Shown here piece by piece: positions 17,209-27,603 of a stretch of DNA of 64,000 bases (its first letter is position 1; the number at the start of each line of letters is the position of its first letter). This DNA comes from Arenicellales bacterium. Lineage in GTDB: Bacteria; Pseudomonadota; Gammaproteobacteria; Arenicellales; JAJDZL01. The translations under genes were made by a program, and so were the position numbers. Below the pieces are notes generated by a model. The model did not search any database. It was not told where the DNA came from and saw nothing but the letters and a program-made list of their open reading frames with translations. The DNA is taken from contig OZ244730.1 in assembly GCA_965219265.1 (NCBI GenBank), positions 1,653,529 through 1,717,528 of the forward strand, written 5' to 3'.

Positions 17209-20200
17209 ATGTATCGAGGCGGCATCGCCAATAAACTGGGAAACTTGTATGAGCAAGAGTGGGCAGTGCGCAACCTTCTCGAAGTTATTGCAGGCCGTGC
17301 AAACTCAATACGATACGAGGGTATTACGGAAGAATTTACCGGGTTCGAATTCGCGCTCCATCTACAGCACAACGTCGAGTGGCATCAGACAAAAGTTAAC
17401 GCTCCGAATGGAAATTGGACGTTAACCTCTCTAAAAAAAACAGGTGTGATGGATGCATTTAAATCCCGTTTGTCGGCAGATTTAACCGCGAAGTGCGTGT
17501 TTGTTTCTCAAGACCCATCCAATCAAATGCGGGAGCTCTGCAAAAATGTCGAAATCTCGAACAATTTGGATGAGTTCAAGAAGGCATTGTCCCAAAAGGA
17601 CACAGATACATTGAAAAATCTAACAGTCATTTGGAGTACTGATGAGAGTACTGCATACAAATGGTTGCGACGTTGTAAGTTCCGGACGGAATCTCGGGAA
17701 TCGATCATCGAATTCATCGACATGTTCGGTAAGCATTTACTACAAGGCAACGCTAACGTATTCGAAACCTTTTCAATTTATCTGCTCACAAACCTAAATG
17801 CAAGTATCACGACCGAAACCGTAAGAGAATGGGTCACCGAACATAGTCCTTTTAGGCTTCCGCCTTCTCTTGACACAACGCTTCATCAAAAAATTGATGA
17901 TGCCAACCAACAATATCTTTCAAGTTATATGCCCTTTGGCTTCGGGGGACAACAGATCCAAAGACCTGAATCCCAGTACGTTGCTGATGAAATTCTTTCT
18001 GCAAATGGGCCGTCCTTGATCATTCTGACAGGAGTTGCTGGCAGCGGAAAGTCAGGAATCGTTAGAGAAATTATGGTTGAATTGAAAAACCGAAATGTTC
18101 CTCACCTTGCATTCAGGATTGATCGTTACCTTTCCTACGCAACAAGAAACCAAATTGGCCGGGATCTTTTAGAGTGTGACCAAAGTCCAGTCAGTGCCTT
18201 GGAAACTCTGGCAAAAAACAAAACATCCGTCCTGATCATTGACCAAATTGATGTAGTGAGCGAAACATCCGGACGAACAGGTGCCGTCAAGGATGTCTTA
18301 TTAGAGCTTGTCCGGGAAGCTGAACACTATGGCGATGTCAGATGTCTTTTAGTCTGTCGCAGTTTCGATCTAGAAAATGATCCGCAATACCGAATTCTCG
18401 AAAAGATGGATAGGGCTAAGCAGGTACAAGTTCCACACCTGTCTTGGAAAAGCGATGTCGCGCCTATTCTTGAAAATACTGGAGTTGTGATAGACAGATT
18501 AAACGAAAGCCAACGAAAATTACTGACACTTCCAGTCAATCTTTCCGTCTTTCTCAAAATTGACGAGTCTAACTTGGATTTCACTACCACCACAGATTTA
18601 TTGCAAGAACTGCTAGACAAGAAAATCCGTGATCTTCAAGCGAACCGCAATGTCGCATGGAATACTATGAAACCATTGTCCGCTATGGCAGATTGGATGA
18701 GCGAACACCAAGAACTGAGTTGCCCAGACTTTGTTTTGAATGAATATGACCAATCAAAAGAATGGTTAGCTTCAGAAGGCTTGATTATTGTTGAGCAAAA
18801 CAAACTGGCATTCTTTCATGAAAGTTTTTTCGATTTCATCTTTGCGCGAACTTTCGCAAATTCAACCCAAAACATCTCCGACTTCCTTACTACGACGGAG
18901 CAGCATCTCTTTCGACGCACTCAAGTGAGGCAAATCCTAACCTTAATGCGGGATACCGGTGGACCCCGTTACTCGGAAGCTCTGACTAGCATTTTGACTA
19001 CTCCCAACATTCGGTTCCACATAAAACTCGCCGTTGCACAGTGGTTAGCCACGCTCGACAACGTCACGGTGGAGGAACTAAGAGTTATACAGATGCTTGA
19101 CGATGACGGTGCGGAGTTTCCAGTCCTAATGCGAAATGCAATCTTCACATCGGAGTCTTGGTTCGATCTTCTGAACGACATTGGAGAACTTTTCAACATG
19201 CTTGAGAAATTGGAGAAACCACGACGCCGTCAATTGCTTGTGTGGTTGAGCAGGATCATCGGCAAACACCCACTATTTGTGGCGGAACTCCTGAAAAACT
19301 GGTGGGACAGCAATCCCGCACGACGAGATGAAATAATCGAGTGGTTCGACTTCGTGTCCCCAATTCCTGTAGATCAAGTGTTGACTGCTCTGTTATACGA
19401 CGTAGTGCGTTCTGCGCCTGAAAATTTCCTATCTCGCATCAAATGGAACAAGATAGTAGCACATGTACTTGACCTGTGCGTGGTGAATCCCGAAGCATCC
19501 TCGAAAATCTTGCAGTTGCTGTTAGCGGAATGGTTCAAGCGTAATCCTGGCGAACATTTGTTCACACACGACGGAATGGGAGAAATCGATTTATTGGATC
19601 TTGATCGCTTAGCAGAAAAGGCACCACCGGTCTTCTTAAATTGCATGATTCCAGCACTTGTAAATTCCATCCAAATTGCTGTGAGCGATAGTAGCCCCAG
19701 TTCACAATTCCATGTTCTTTACAGAACTAGTACCGGAAGGGGCCCCAATAAACTCTTTTCCCTTTTTCGTGATGCGTTGCAGACTCTCGCTAAAACGTTA
19801 CCCCAAGAAGCTGAATCGTATCTGGGCCAACTCGACCCGAAGCTTCATGAAGCGTTGCTACATCTGCATCTGGAAACGATTCAGACGAATCCAACCGCTT
19901 TGGGATATCGTTTTGCGGCATTGCTCAACGAGCGGTATCTTTTTTCAGCTGGGCTGGAACAGGTCGAATGGTTGTCGTTTGCTGAAACAGCGCGAAAGGT
20001 TGTCGAAGCGGGATGCCTGTCCATCCAGACCGTTGAGAAACGGATATTTCGTCATCAACCAGAGATTGAGTCAGCACGGGGTATACTACATGACATAAAA
20101 AAGAAAGGAGAGACAAACTCCATTTGGGAAAGGCGTGATGTTGTAGTTAGATTGTCGAATTCTGGGCGTGTTCAATGGTATGTGCTAAGGTCAATCGGAC

Positions 20201-21756
20201 ACAACCTTCTTTCACCATCCGGCAAGAAAAGATTGTTGGAGTTAGAACGAAAATTTCACGCCGAGGTTGTTCCGGTCCCACATACTTACGAAGCCAAACG
20301 GGTTGGTTCACCGATTCCGACTCCCGTTGCCCGTAGAATGACAGACAGTCAATGGTATTCCGCTATTAATAAACATGTGGAAAGTAATTCGACATCATTT
20401 CTCGTAGACGGGAAAGTTGTCGGTGGAGCATTGCAATTAGCGCAAGAGTTGGACGAACTTACCGCATCCGATCCAAACCGGTTTGCGCAATTTTTTCTGG
20501 GATTACCCGAGATCTCCAATCCAGCATACGGTCGGTCTTTGCTTCAAGGGCTGACTCGTGCTGAACATCTGGACGAGATTGCAGTGATTTCGGTTCTTTG
20601 CAAGGCTCATGAAAATCCAAATCGACCATTCGGACTGCAAATTGTCCGACTTCTTGAGCGCCATCCAGTTTATGCGCGAGACAGCAATGTTTTTGCGGTA
20701 TTGCTTTGGTACGCAGAACACGGCGATGCAAATGAGACAATATTTGCCAGCGACAGAGAACAACTAGGATCGTTGCCCTCAATTGATGAACTTAGTCGTG
20801 CCAGCAGTTCTCTGATTAGCAACGGGATAAACTCGGCCCGCGGAGTCGCTTGGATTAGCTTAGGGCGGTTGGTTCAAAACAATCCGCAACGTGTCGCAGA
20901 TATCTGGAATCTTCTTGAGCGCCGGGCGTATGAAGAGACCTACCCCTGGGTGCGGGCTATGATGGTTTATACACTGTCTGCACTCTACAGTCTCGATCTG
21001 ACTCGGTTCAGCAAGTGTCTTCACCTTCTCACAAAAGCTATTTCTGGTGAACGGGACGAAGTCTCTTCCTTAGCACCGTTAACAACTGATTACGGCATCC
21101 GTCTTTACCATCACATCGAGCGCGACTTCCCGAGCATGGCGTTGGAATTGATGGGGAGAATGATTGGCTCGGAGGACAGGAGAATTCATTTGATAGGGTC
21201 ATGGTGGACGCTAGCCGAAAGGTTGCGGCAGGGCAACTCAAAGAACAATTTCCCGCTGATTGAGCAAGAGTCACCTGCCCATTCTAAACTTTGGGCGTCA
21301 ATTCTTTGCGAGTTTGTTGCAAGTACCGAATTCAGGAATCTAGCAACTTCAGAGCTTGAAAGGCTATTTTTTCATGAATCCTCCGAGGTAAGAAAGGAGG
21401 CTGGAAATGTATTCTCGCACTTTCCAAACGACGAATTTCCTTCCTTTAAGGATTTGGCGAGAAAATTCGTACGTTCTCCTGCATTCAAGGACTCCACTTA
21501 TTCATTTTTTACGGTGTTGACAAAGACAACCTGCGATGTCTCCGAACTTGTCATTGAGGCAGTTGAAATTGTTGTTTACAAATGGAAAAACTACGGGTTG
21601 ATTTCCGCCCTTAACATACAGAATATTCTAAAAAGGGAATATGTTAACACTGAAAGTCTGCCAGAGCTTCGCACTAAAGTTCTAAATCTATTTGATTACA
21701 TGGCTGAAAATAGTGTGATTGGAGTGGATGATGTCATGGGGATGGATGATCGATAG
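17209..21756 (+). CDS. PD-(D/E)xK-like nuclease - STAND NTPase - helical repeat protein (Avs-like antiphage sensor)
   Basis: N-terminal GGIANKLGNLYE..W, FEF..WHQTK; Walker A GVAGSGKS; Walker B LIIDQID; FFHESFFDF STAND motif; long helical C-terminus. Confidence 0.8.
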   Translation: MYRGGIANKLGNLYEQEWAVRNLLEVIAGRANSIRYEGITEEFTGFEFALHLQHNVEWHQTKVNAPNGNWTLTSLKKTGVMDAFKSRLSADLTAKCVFVSQDPSNQMRELCKNVEISNNLDEFKKALSQKDTDTLKNLTVIWSTDESTAYKWLRRCKFRTESRESIIEFIDMFGKHLLQGNANVFETFSIYLLTNLNASITTETVREWVTEHSPFRLPPSLDTTLHQKIDDANQQYLSSYMPFGFGGQQIQRPESQYVADEILSANGPSLIILTGVAGSGKSGIVREIMVELKNRNVPHLAFRIDRYLSYATRNQIGRDLLECDQSPVSALETLAKNKTSVLIIDQIDVVSETSGRTGAVKDVLLELVREAEHYGDVRCLLVCRSFDLENDPQYRILEKMDRAKQVQVPHLSWKSDVAPILENTGVVIDRLNESQRKLLTLPVNLSVFLKIDESNLDFTTTTDLLQELLDKKIRDLQANRNVAWNTMKPLSAMADWMSEHQELSCPDFVLNEYDQSKEWLASEGLIIVEQNKLAFFHESFFDFIFARTFANSTQNISDFLTTTEQHLFRRTQVRQILTLMRDTGGPRYSEALTSILTTPNIRFHIKLAVAQWLATLDNVTVEELRVIQMLDDDGAEFPVLMRNAIFTSESWFDLLNDIGELFNMLEKLEKPRRRQLLVWLSRIIGKHPLFVAELLKNWWDSNPARRDEIIEWFDFVSPIPVDQVLTALLYDVVRSAPENFLSRIKWNKIVAHVLDLCVVNPEASSKILQLLLAEWFKRNPGEHLFTHDGMGEIDLLDLDRLAEKAPPVFLNCMIPALVNSIQIAVSDSSPSSQFHVLYRTSTGRGPNKLFSLFRDALQTLAKTLPQEAESYLGQLDPKLHEALLHLHLETIQTNPTALGYRFAALLNERYLFSAGLEQVEWLSFAETARKVVEAGCLSIQTVEKRIFRHQPEIESARGILHDIKKKGETNSIWERRDVVVRLSNSGRVQWYVLRSIGHNLLSPSGKKRLLELERKFHAEVVPVPHTYEAKRVGSPIPTPVARRMTDSQWYSAINKHVESNSTSFLVDGKVVGGALQLAQELDELTASDPNRFAQFFLGLPEISNPAYGRSLLQGLTRAEHLDEIAVISVLCKAHENPNRPFGLQIVRLLERHPVYARDSNVFAVLLWYAEHGDANETIFASDREQLGSLPSIDELSRASSSLISNGINSARGVAWISLGRLVQNNPQRVADIWNLLERRAYEETYPWVRAMMVYTLSALYSLDLTRFSKCLHLLTKAISGERDEVSSLAPLTTDYGIRLYHHIERDFPSMALELMGRMIGSEDRRIHLIGSWWTLAERLRQGNSKNNFPLIEQESPAHSKLWASILCEFVASTEFRNLATSELERLFFHESSEVRKEAGNVFSHFPNDEFPSFKDLARKFVRSPAFKDSTYSFFTVLTKTTCDVSELVIEAVEIVVYKWKNYGLISALNIQNILKREYVNTESLPELRTKVLNLFDYMAENSVIGVDDVMGMDDR

Positions 21757-21825
21757 TCTGATTCTACTTACTCCTCAAAAAACTAAACGCATGAAGCAAG
21801 CCAATAGTACTGGAAATTCAATCGG

Positions 21826-21911
21826 AAATGTTGCGGAATAGATTATGTTGCGAGTATTAGTTATCGCGCTGAAATCAAATTGATAGTTTTTGAAACTCGC
21901 AACATAATTTT
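21826..21911. repeat. Outer RIT left inverted repeat (86 bp)
   Basis: 83/86 identical to reverse complement of 28606-28691; contains ttatgttgcg motifs. Confidence 0.9.
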
Positions 21912-21961
21912 CATCATCAGGTGTGCGACCATGATGGATTTAACCCGATGGGGAGTCTATC

Positions 21962-23212
21962 ATGTTCGAAACAATTTTTTCGCGTCCTTGCACGATTGCG
22001 ATTCATCAAGCGGCACCTTTGTATGAAGAAAGATGCCGATATCTGTTACGCCATGCACAAAGTGGCGCAACTGCGGATACGTTGCGCGCAATAGCGCATG
22101 ACCAACTGAGCCTGATCAATCATCTGAATCTGCAAGCGAACCAAAGAATCAGTGTTCGCCAGATCGAGGATGCTGCCAGCGATTGGCTGAATGGATTTGT
22201 ACAGCGTTTCGGCCACGAACCTTCGCTCAAAAGAAGGAAACGATTTATCCATTGCGCACGCAACTGGCTGCGTTTTATTGGGTGGTTAAGCGAGTCGAGA
22301 TTGTCTCGTCATCGTTATGAAGCCGAAGTTTCCATGTTCAACACATTCGCACAACAGCAATGTGGCCTTTCTGACGCATACGTCAACTCTATTTGCAATG
22401 TTGCCGATCGGTTTTTTGAGTGGCTGGAGCAACATGGTCTGAGTCTGGATGAGCTGCGTCTGAGCGACATCGATGAGGCATTGGTGAGCGACCGGATCTT
22501 TGGTCAATGCAGTCGTAACACAACCAAAACACAGATCAATTGCCTGGGCAGGTTCCTTCGCTATGCAGAACAACAACGCTGGTGCGTGGCAGGGTTGGCC
22601 GACGGCATCAAGCCGCCACGGATGTTCCCGAATGAGACGATTCCAATGGGGTTGGGCCGAGATGAGGTGTTGAAATTGCTGGCCACGACCGAAAGCGATC
22701 GTGCGATCGACAAACGTGATCGGGCAATATTAATGGTGTTGAGCACTTATGGGTTGAGATCCAGCGAGGTGTGTGGTTTGACACTTGATGACCTGAGCTG
22801 GACCGATGAGCTTTTGACGGTCCGTCGCTGCAAGAGCGGACAAATCCACATTTATCCATTGTCACAAGCGGTCGGGGAGGCAATTGTCAGGTATCTTCGC
22901 GAGGTCCGTCCTTTGGTTCGACAACGGACATTGTTCCTGACGATGAATGCACGGCGCGGCCCGATCACCAGGCAAGGCGTTTATATGATGGTCGTTGGAC
23001 GGTTGAAAAAAATTGGCATCGCTGGCAAAGGCAAGGATCCGCATGCACTGCGTCACGCAGCGGCTCAACATCTGCTTGAGCACAATCAATCGATGAAAGT
23101 GATCGCAGACTATCTCGGACACCGTAATGTAGACTCGGCTTCGGTCTATGCCAAGATTAATCTGAACCAATTGCGAGAGGTTGGCGATGTCAGCCTGGAG
23201 GGGTTGATATGA
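21962..23212 (+). CDS. ritA: Tyrosine recombinase RitA (outer)
   Basis: GLRSSEV, HALRH, LGHRNVDSASVYA; GGGGAG RBS. Confidence 0.9.
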   Translation: MFETIFSRPCTIAIHQAAPLYEERCRYLLRHAQSGATADTLRAIAHDQLSLINHLNLQANQRISVRQIEDAASDWLNGFVQRFGHEPSLKRRKRFIHCARNWLRFIGWLSESRLSRHRYEAEVSMFNTFAQQQCGLSDAYVNSICNVADRFFEWLEQHGLSLDELRLSDIDEALVSDRIFGQCSRNTTKTQINCLGRFLRYAEQQRWCVAGLADGIKPPRMFPNETIPMGLGRDEVLKLLATTESDRAIDKRDRAILMVLSTYGLRSSEVCGLTLDDLSWTDELLTVRRCKSGQIHIYPLSQAVGEAIVRYLREVRPLVRQRTLFLTMNARRGPITRQGVYMMVVGRLKKIGIAGKGKDPHALRHAAAQHLLEHNQSMKVIADYLGHRNVDSASVYAKINLNQLREVGDVSLEGLI

Positions 23213-23957
23213 AACTTCACCAGGCAATCGAGCGCTACATCGCATGGCGACGCATTCACGGTGCGAAGTTCAAAGCCGGCGCACAGCATCTGCGACAGTT
23301 CTCAAATTCGGTCGAGCGGGATATCGACTGCAAGGCAGTTTCCCAGAGCGAAGTTTGCAGATTTCTTGCGGGAAACCGACCGCTGACCAAAACGCGGTCC
23401 CATCGTTACAGCGCACTGCGAGGGTTTTATCGCTATGCTATCGCTCGAGGCTACACCACGCTGTCGCCTTTGCCCGACCCGGATCAGGAACCGAGACCAC
23501 CGCAATCAAAATTGCCTCATGTTTTCAGCCCTGATCAACTGCAGCGCATGTTTGGCACGATCGATCAGTGTCACAGCCGTCGCTCCAAACTCGATGCATT
23601 CACGTTCCGCACCTTGCTGCTATTGCTTTGTGGCAGTGGGTTGCGCATCGGTGAGGCTCTTCAACTCACGCTGACCGACATCAATCTGCAAAACACGGTC
23701 TTGACAGTGAGAGACAGTAAATTCTACAAAAGCCGGCTGGTGCCAATTGGACCTCAACTGAATGCGCTGCTCAGTGCATATGCCAAACAACGTGTGAAGC
23801 GAACGCTGTCGAACGGAAAAAATTCAACTTTTCTAGCCTATATCGATGGCTCGGCGTTAACCTATAAAACAGTTGATATGGCTTTTTCCAAATTGAGAGA
23901 CGCCGTGCCACTGTGTGTAATCGACCGCTTTCATCAGCGCCCAACCTTGCACAGTTT

Positions 23958-23993
23958 TCGTCATTATCTCGGGTACATTTTTATCTCGGGTAA
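23958..23993. repeat. Inner RIT left inverted repeat incl. core tcgtca (36 bp)
   Basis: Perfect reverse complement of 27354-27389; two ttatctcggg motifs. Confidence 0.95.
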
Positions 23994-24082
23994 ATTAGAT
24001 ACTGCATTGTTTTTCAGATAGATAGCACGTCTTTACACGACATAATCGAAGCTTCTTTTTTACATCAAATCAGGAGTTCGAT

Positions 24083-25327
24083 ATGAAGTATTTCACAGAC
24101 GATCAACATGTTGTACACCAAAGCTGGCTCATCGGTCCATTGGCTGGCTGGCTTGTTTCATTTGCGAAATGGCTGTGTGCAAAGGGTTATGCGGCCCGCA
24201 CAATCGATGAGAAGGTACGGCTGATTTCCGGATTCAGCCTGTGGCTGAAAGAAGAGGCAATCGAAGTGGCTGACATCACACTGAACCATCTCAATCAATA
24301 CCTGCAGTATCGGCGGCAACGCCGGACCTCAAATAGAAGAGGCGAAAAACGCACACTTGAGCAATGCATGGCTTTTCTACAGCAGAAAGGCCAGATTCTC
24401 TCCGCTGCGCTGCCTGAAGAGCCGAAGACTTCGGTCGAATTGCGCATGCAGTCCTATGAAGGCTATTTGCGACATGTTCGTGGCCTGGCACCGACGACGA
24501 TTGCATCATATCTGACATTTGTCAGAAGTTTTCTGCAGCATTGTTTCGCCTCAGAGAACGTTACCCTTTCGCGTCTGTCGTCTCAAGATGTTGTGGAATT
24601 TGTTCAACAGCAGGCACCGCGGCTGCATCCCAAAAGAGCAAAGCAAATGTCCACTGCACTGAGATCATTTCTTCGGTATGCCTGTTACCTTGGAGAGACG
24701 GGCTTGGAATTAGTCGGCGCAGTCCCTTCATCGGCCAACTGGCAGATGCTCAGCATCCCGCGAGGGATCTGTACGGAGCAGGCCGAAAAACTGCTGGCCA
24801 GCATTCATCGCGATACCGCTGCAGGCCGACGCGACTATGCCATTGTGATGCTGTTTGCACGGCTGGGACTTCGGGTGAGCGAGGTTCAGCGGCTCCGTTT
24901 CGATGACATTGACTGGGTCAACGGGACCTTGCGGCTGCAAACAAAAGGCAAAAAGTGCAGAACTGTACCACTGACTGAGGAGCTTGGCGAAGCGATTGTC
25001 GATTACCTGTGTCACGGGCGCCCGAAGTGTGCGAGCCGTCATGTGTTTGTGCGCGCGCAAGCTCCGGTTGAGGAATTCCGCAACGTTTCCAGCATATGCG
25101 CAATCATTGGTCGTGCGATCGCACGTGGCGGCATTGTCGCACCGACAAATGGGACGCACCAGTTCCGTCACGGGTTAGCCATACAGATGCTGCGCAGAAA
25201 ACTGTCGCTGGAACAGATCGGCGATGTTCTGGGGCACTCCCACCCCGACACGACCCGAATCTACGCCAAGGTCGATTTGGAAGCTTTGCGTTCACTGGCC
25301 CTTCCTTGGCCGGGAGGCGTCGAATGA
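24083..25327 (+). CDS. ritA: Tyrosine recombinase RitA (inner)
   Basis: GLRVSEV, HQFRH, LGHSHPDTTRIYA; AGGAG RBS. Confidence 0.9.
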   Translation: MKYFTDDQHVVHQSWLIGPLAGWLVSFAKWLCAKGYAARTIDEKVRLISGFSLWLKEEAIEVADITLNHLNQYLQYRRQRRTSNRRGEKRTLEQCMAFLQQKGQILSAALPEEPKTSVELRMQSYEGYLRHVRGLAPTTIASYLTFVRSFLQHCFASENVTLSRLSSQDVVEFVQQQAPRLHPKRAKQMSTALRSFLRYACYLGETGLELVGAVPSSANWQMLSIPRGICTEQAEKLLASIHRDTAAGRRDYAIVMLFARLGLRVSEVQRLRFDDIDWVNGTLRLQTKGKKCRTVPLTEELGEAIVDYLCHGRPKCASRHVFVRAQAPVEEFRNVSSICAIIGRAIARGGIVAPTNGTHQFRHGLAIQMLRRKLSLEQIGDVLGHSHPDTTRIYAKVDLEALRSLALPWPGGVE

Positions 25328-26274
25328 ATACACTTCGCGAAGCCATCCACGAATATATTGAAATGCGCCGTCATCTTGGATTCAAACTGAAGCAGGATTG
25401 TCGCCTGCTGCATCAGTTTGCCAGTTTCATGGAACAGCACGAGAAGCCGTTCATCACAGTTGAGCTGGCGGTGCGTTGGGCTCAGCAGCCCCACGATGCG
25501 CAGCTGGCATGGTGGGCGAAACGATTGAGCGTTGTGCGCGTGTTTGCGCGCCATCGCAAGGCGACCGATCCGCGCACTGAAATTCCGCCTTGTGAGCTGC
25601 TGGCAGTTCAACCCAAGCGGGCAAAGTCCTATCTGTATTCAGATCAACAGATCTGCGACCTGCTGCAAGCGGCCCGGAAGATGCCCTGCTCGTATGAACA
25701 GACTTCTTTGCGTCCATGGATTTATCATTGCCTTTTCGGTCTGCTTGCCGTCTCTGGAATGAGGGTGGGAGAGGTGTGTAATCTTGAGGTTCGAGATGTC
25801 GATCTTGACGCGGCAGTTTTAACGATACGCAACGCCAAATTCGGCCGCGACCGTCTGATTGCGCTGCACCGTTCAACCTGCGATGTCATTGCCGATTACA
25901 TCGCTCGACGCGAGCGCCACTGGCGAGGTCGCTGCGTGTCGTCCTATCTATTTGTTTCGAGCCGTGGAAACAGAATCGATCCTTCTGACATCAACCGCAC
26001 ATTCCACAAACTGTCACGGCAGATTGGACTTCGCGGCGAAACCGACGGTCACTGTCGCAGGCCGCGCGTCCATGACTTGAGGCATTCATTCGCGACAAAA
26101 GTTTTAGCGCTGGGGTATCGGAACCATGAGAATCCAGAATGGACTGTGCCGATTCTATCAACTTGGCTCGGTCATGTGAAGATTGCAGATACGCAATGGT
26201 ATCTGCAAGCCTCGCCGCAGCTCCTGGATGAAGCCATGCGCCGGCTCGAAACTCGATGGGAGAACCAGTCATGA
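25324..26274 (+). CDS. ritB: Tyrosine recombinase RitB (inner)
   Basis: MNTLREAI start at ATGA overlap; GMRVGEV, HDLRH, LGHVKIADTQWYL. Confidence 0.9.
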   Translation: MNTLREAIHEYIEMRRHLGFKLKQDCRLLHQFASFMEQHEKPFITVELAVRWAQQPHDAQLAWWAKRLSVVRVFARHRKATDPRTEIPPCELLAVQPKRAKSYLYSDQQICDLLQAARKMPCSYEQTSLRPWIYHCLFGLLAVSGMRVGEVCNLEVRDVDLDAAVLTIRNAKFGRDRLIALHRSTCDVIADYIARRERHWRGRCVSSYLFVSSRGNRIDPSDINRTFHKLSRQIGLRGETDGHCRRPRVHDLRHSFATKVLALGYRNHENPEWTVPILSTWLGHVKIADTQWYLQASPQLLDEAMRRLETRWENQS

Positions 26275-27293
26275 CCTGCTCAACTAGTCTTGCTCCGATT
26301 CTTGAGCGGTTTTTCATTCAGCGTCTGACCAATCAGCGCCAGGCGAGCCCGCACACGATCAAATCGTACAGCGATACCTTTCGCCTCCTGCTGGGATTTG
26401 TTGAGCGGCGTCTTCAACTGGAACCGTCGAAACTTCAATTTGAGCACATTGACGCGAGGATCGTTACGGATTTCCTTGAGGAATTGGAAACGCTGCGCAA
26501 GAACAGCGTGCGCAGCCGCAACCAGCGGCTTGCGGCGATTCATTCTTTTTTTCGTTATGCCGCCTTTGAACTGCCGATGCATGCGCAGCAGATCCAAAGC
26601 GTGCTTGCGATTCCGAGTAAACGCTGCACGCGCAAGCAGATCAGTTTTCTCAGCCGTCAGGAGGTCGATGCGCTGCTGGCCGCACCGAATGCGAAAACCT
26701 GGTCTGGGCGCCGTGATCACGCGTTCATTCTCACTGCTGTGCAAACCGGCTTTCGGCTCAGCGAAATGACGGCGCTGAGGCGCAGCGACTTGGTCGATTC
26801 GGGTGGTTATAACCTGTGCGTTGTCGGCAAAGGACGAAAGGAACGTCGCACGCCTTTGGCTAAAGCGACCCGAAAAGTACTGAACAAATGGATTCAGGAA
26901 CCGCCGCGTGGTACGCAAGGCATTCTCTTTCCCAGCGCAAAAGGAAATCGCTTGGGTGTCGACGCAGTGCAAGATCTGTTGAATAAGCATCGCAAGACCG
27001 CCTCATATCAGTGTCCATCACTGGCTGACAAGCGAGTATCCGTACATCTGCTGAGACATACAGCAGCCATGGAACTTCTTCAGGCAGGAATCGACCGGTC
27101 TGTGATCGCACTTTGGTTGGGACACGAGCGTCTCGAAACCACCCAAATTTATATTGAGGCAACGCTCGCGATGAAAGAGCAGGCACTGGCCAAGACATCG
27201 CCGCGAGAAGGAAATGGGCAACGATACCAACCGCCTGACAGACTGATGACTTTTCTGAGCAATCTCGGGAGGCCTGCGGATTATCTCGGGTAA
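26271..27293 (+). CDS. ritC: Tyrosine recombinase RitC (inner)
   Basis: GFRLSEM, GKGRK, HLLRH, LGHERLETTQIYI; ATGA overlap. Confidence 0.9.
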   Translation: MTCSTSLAPILERFFIQRLTNQRQASPHTIKSYSDTFRLLLGFVERRLQLEPSKLQFEHIDARIVTDFLEELETLRKNSVRSRNQRLAAIHSFFRYAAFELPMHAQQIQSVLAIPSKRCTRKQISFLSRQEVDALLAAPNAKTWSGRRDHAFILTAVQTGFRLSEMTALRRSDLVDSGGYNLCVVGKGRKERRTPLAKATRKVLNKWIQEPPRGTQGILFPSAKGNRLGVDAVQDLLNKHRKTASYQCPSLADKRVSVHLLRHTAAMELLQAGIDRSVIALWLGHERLETTQIYIEATLAMKEQALAKTSPREGNGQRYQPPDRLMTFLSNLGRPADYLG

Positions 27294-27353
27294 TTTCAAC
27301 GCAAGGGGCAGATGTTCTGCATGAAATCTGCCCTTTAGCGTACTCGCAAACCG

Positions 27354-27415
27354 TTACCCGAGATAAAAATGTACCCGAGATAATGACGATTATCTCGTTA
27401 ACGAGATAATCGTCA
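27354..27415. repeat. Inner RIT right IR plus perfect 32-bp palindrome (27384-27415)
   Basis: tgacgattatctcgttaacgagataatcgtca is its own reverse complement. Confidence 0.95.
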
Positions 27416-27603
27416 CACATTTGCGGTTCATCGGCTAACCGACTGGTATCGCCAAGGTGCTGACGTTCAACGTCTGTTGCCGCTGCTGTCAAACTATCTC
27501 GGACACAGCAGTCTGCAAAGTACGCAGATTTATTTGTCCGTGACACCGCAGTTGCTACAGCACACTTCGGTGCTGTTCAACCAATACGTAAACGGAGATC
27601 ATC

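Larger units (their letters stand above)
23964..27409 (+). mobile_element. Inner RIT element (3446 bp), intact
   Basis: Three ATGA-coupled tyrosine recombinases; perfect IRs; tcgtca duplicated at 23958-63 and 27410-15. Confidence 0.95.

Noticed and set aside
23964-24021. C-terminus YLGYIFISGKLDTALFFR of the 270-aa ORF as a real RitB end
   Set aside because: It is read-through into the inner RIT left IR; the true C-terminus resumes at 27416.
26280-27546. Long antisense/alternate ORFs over the RIT genes (e.g. 236 aa, 228 aa) and over the IS transposase
   Set aside because: Shadow frames of GC-rich recombinase and transposase genes with no recognisable motifs.
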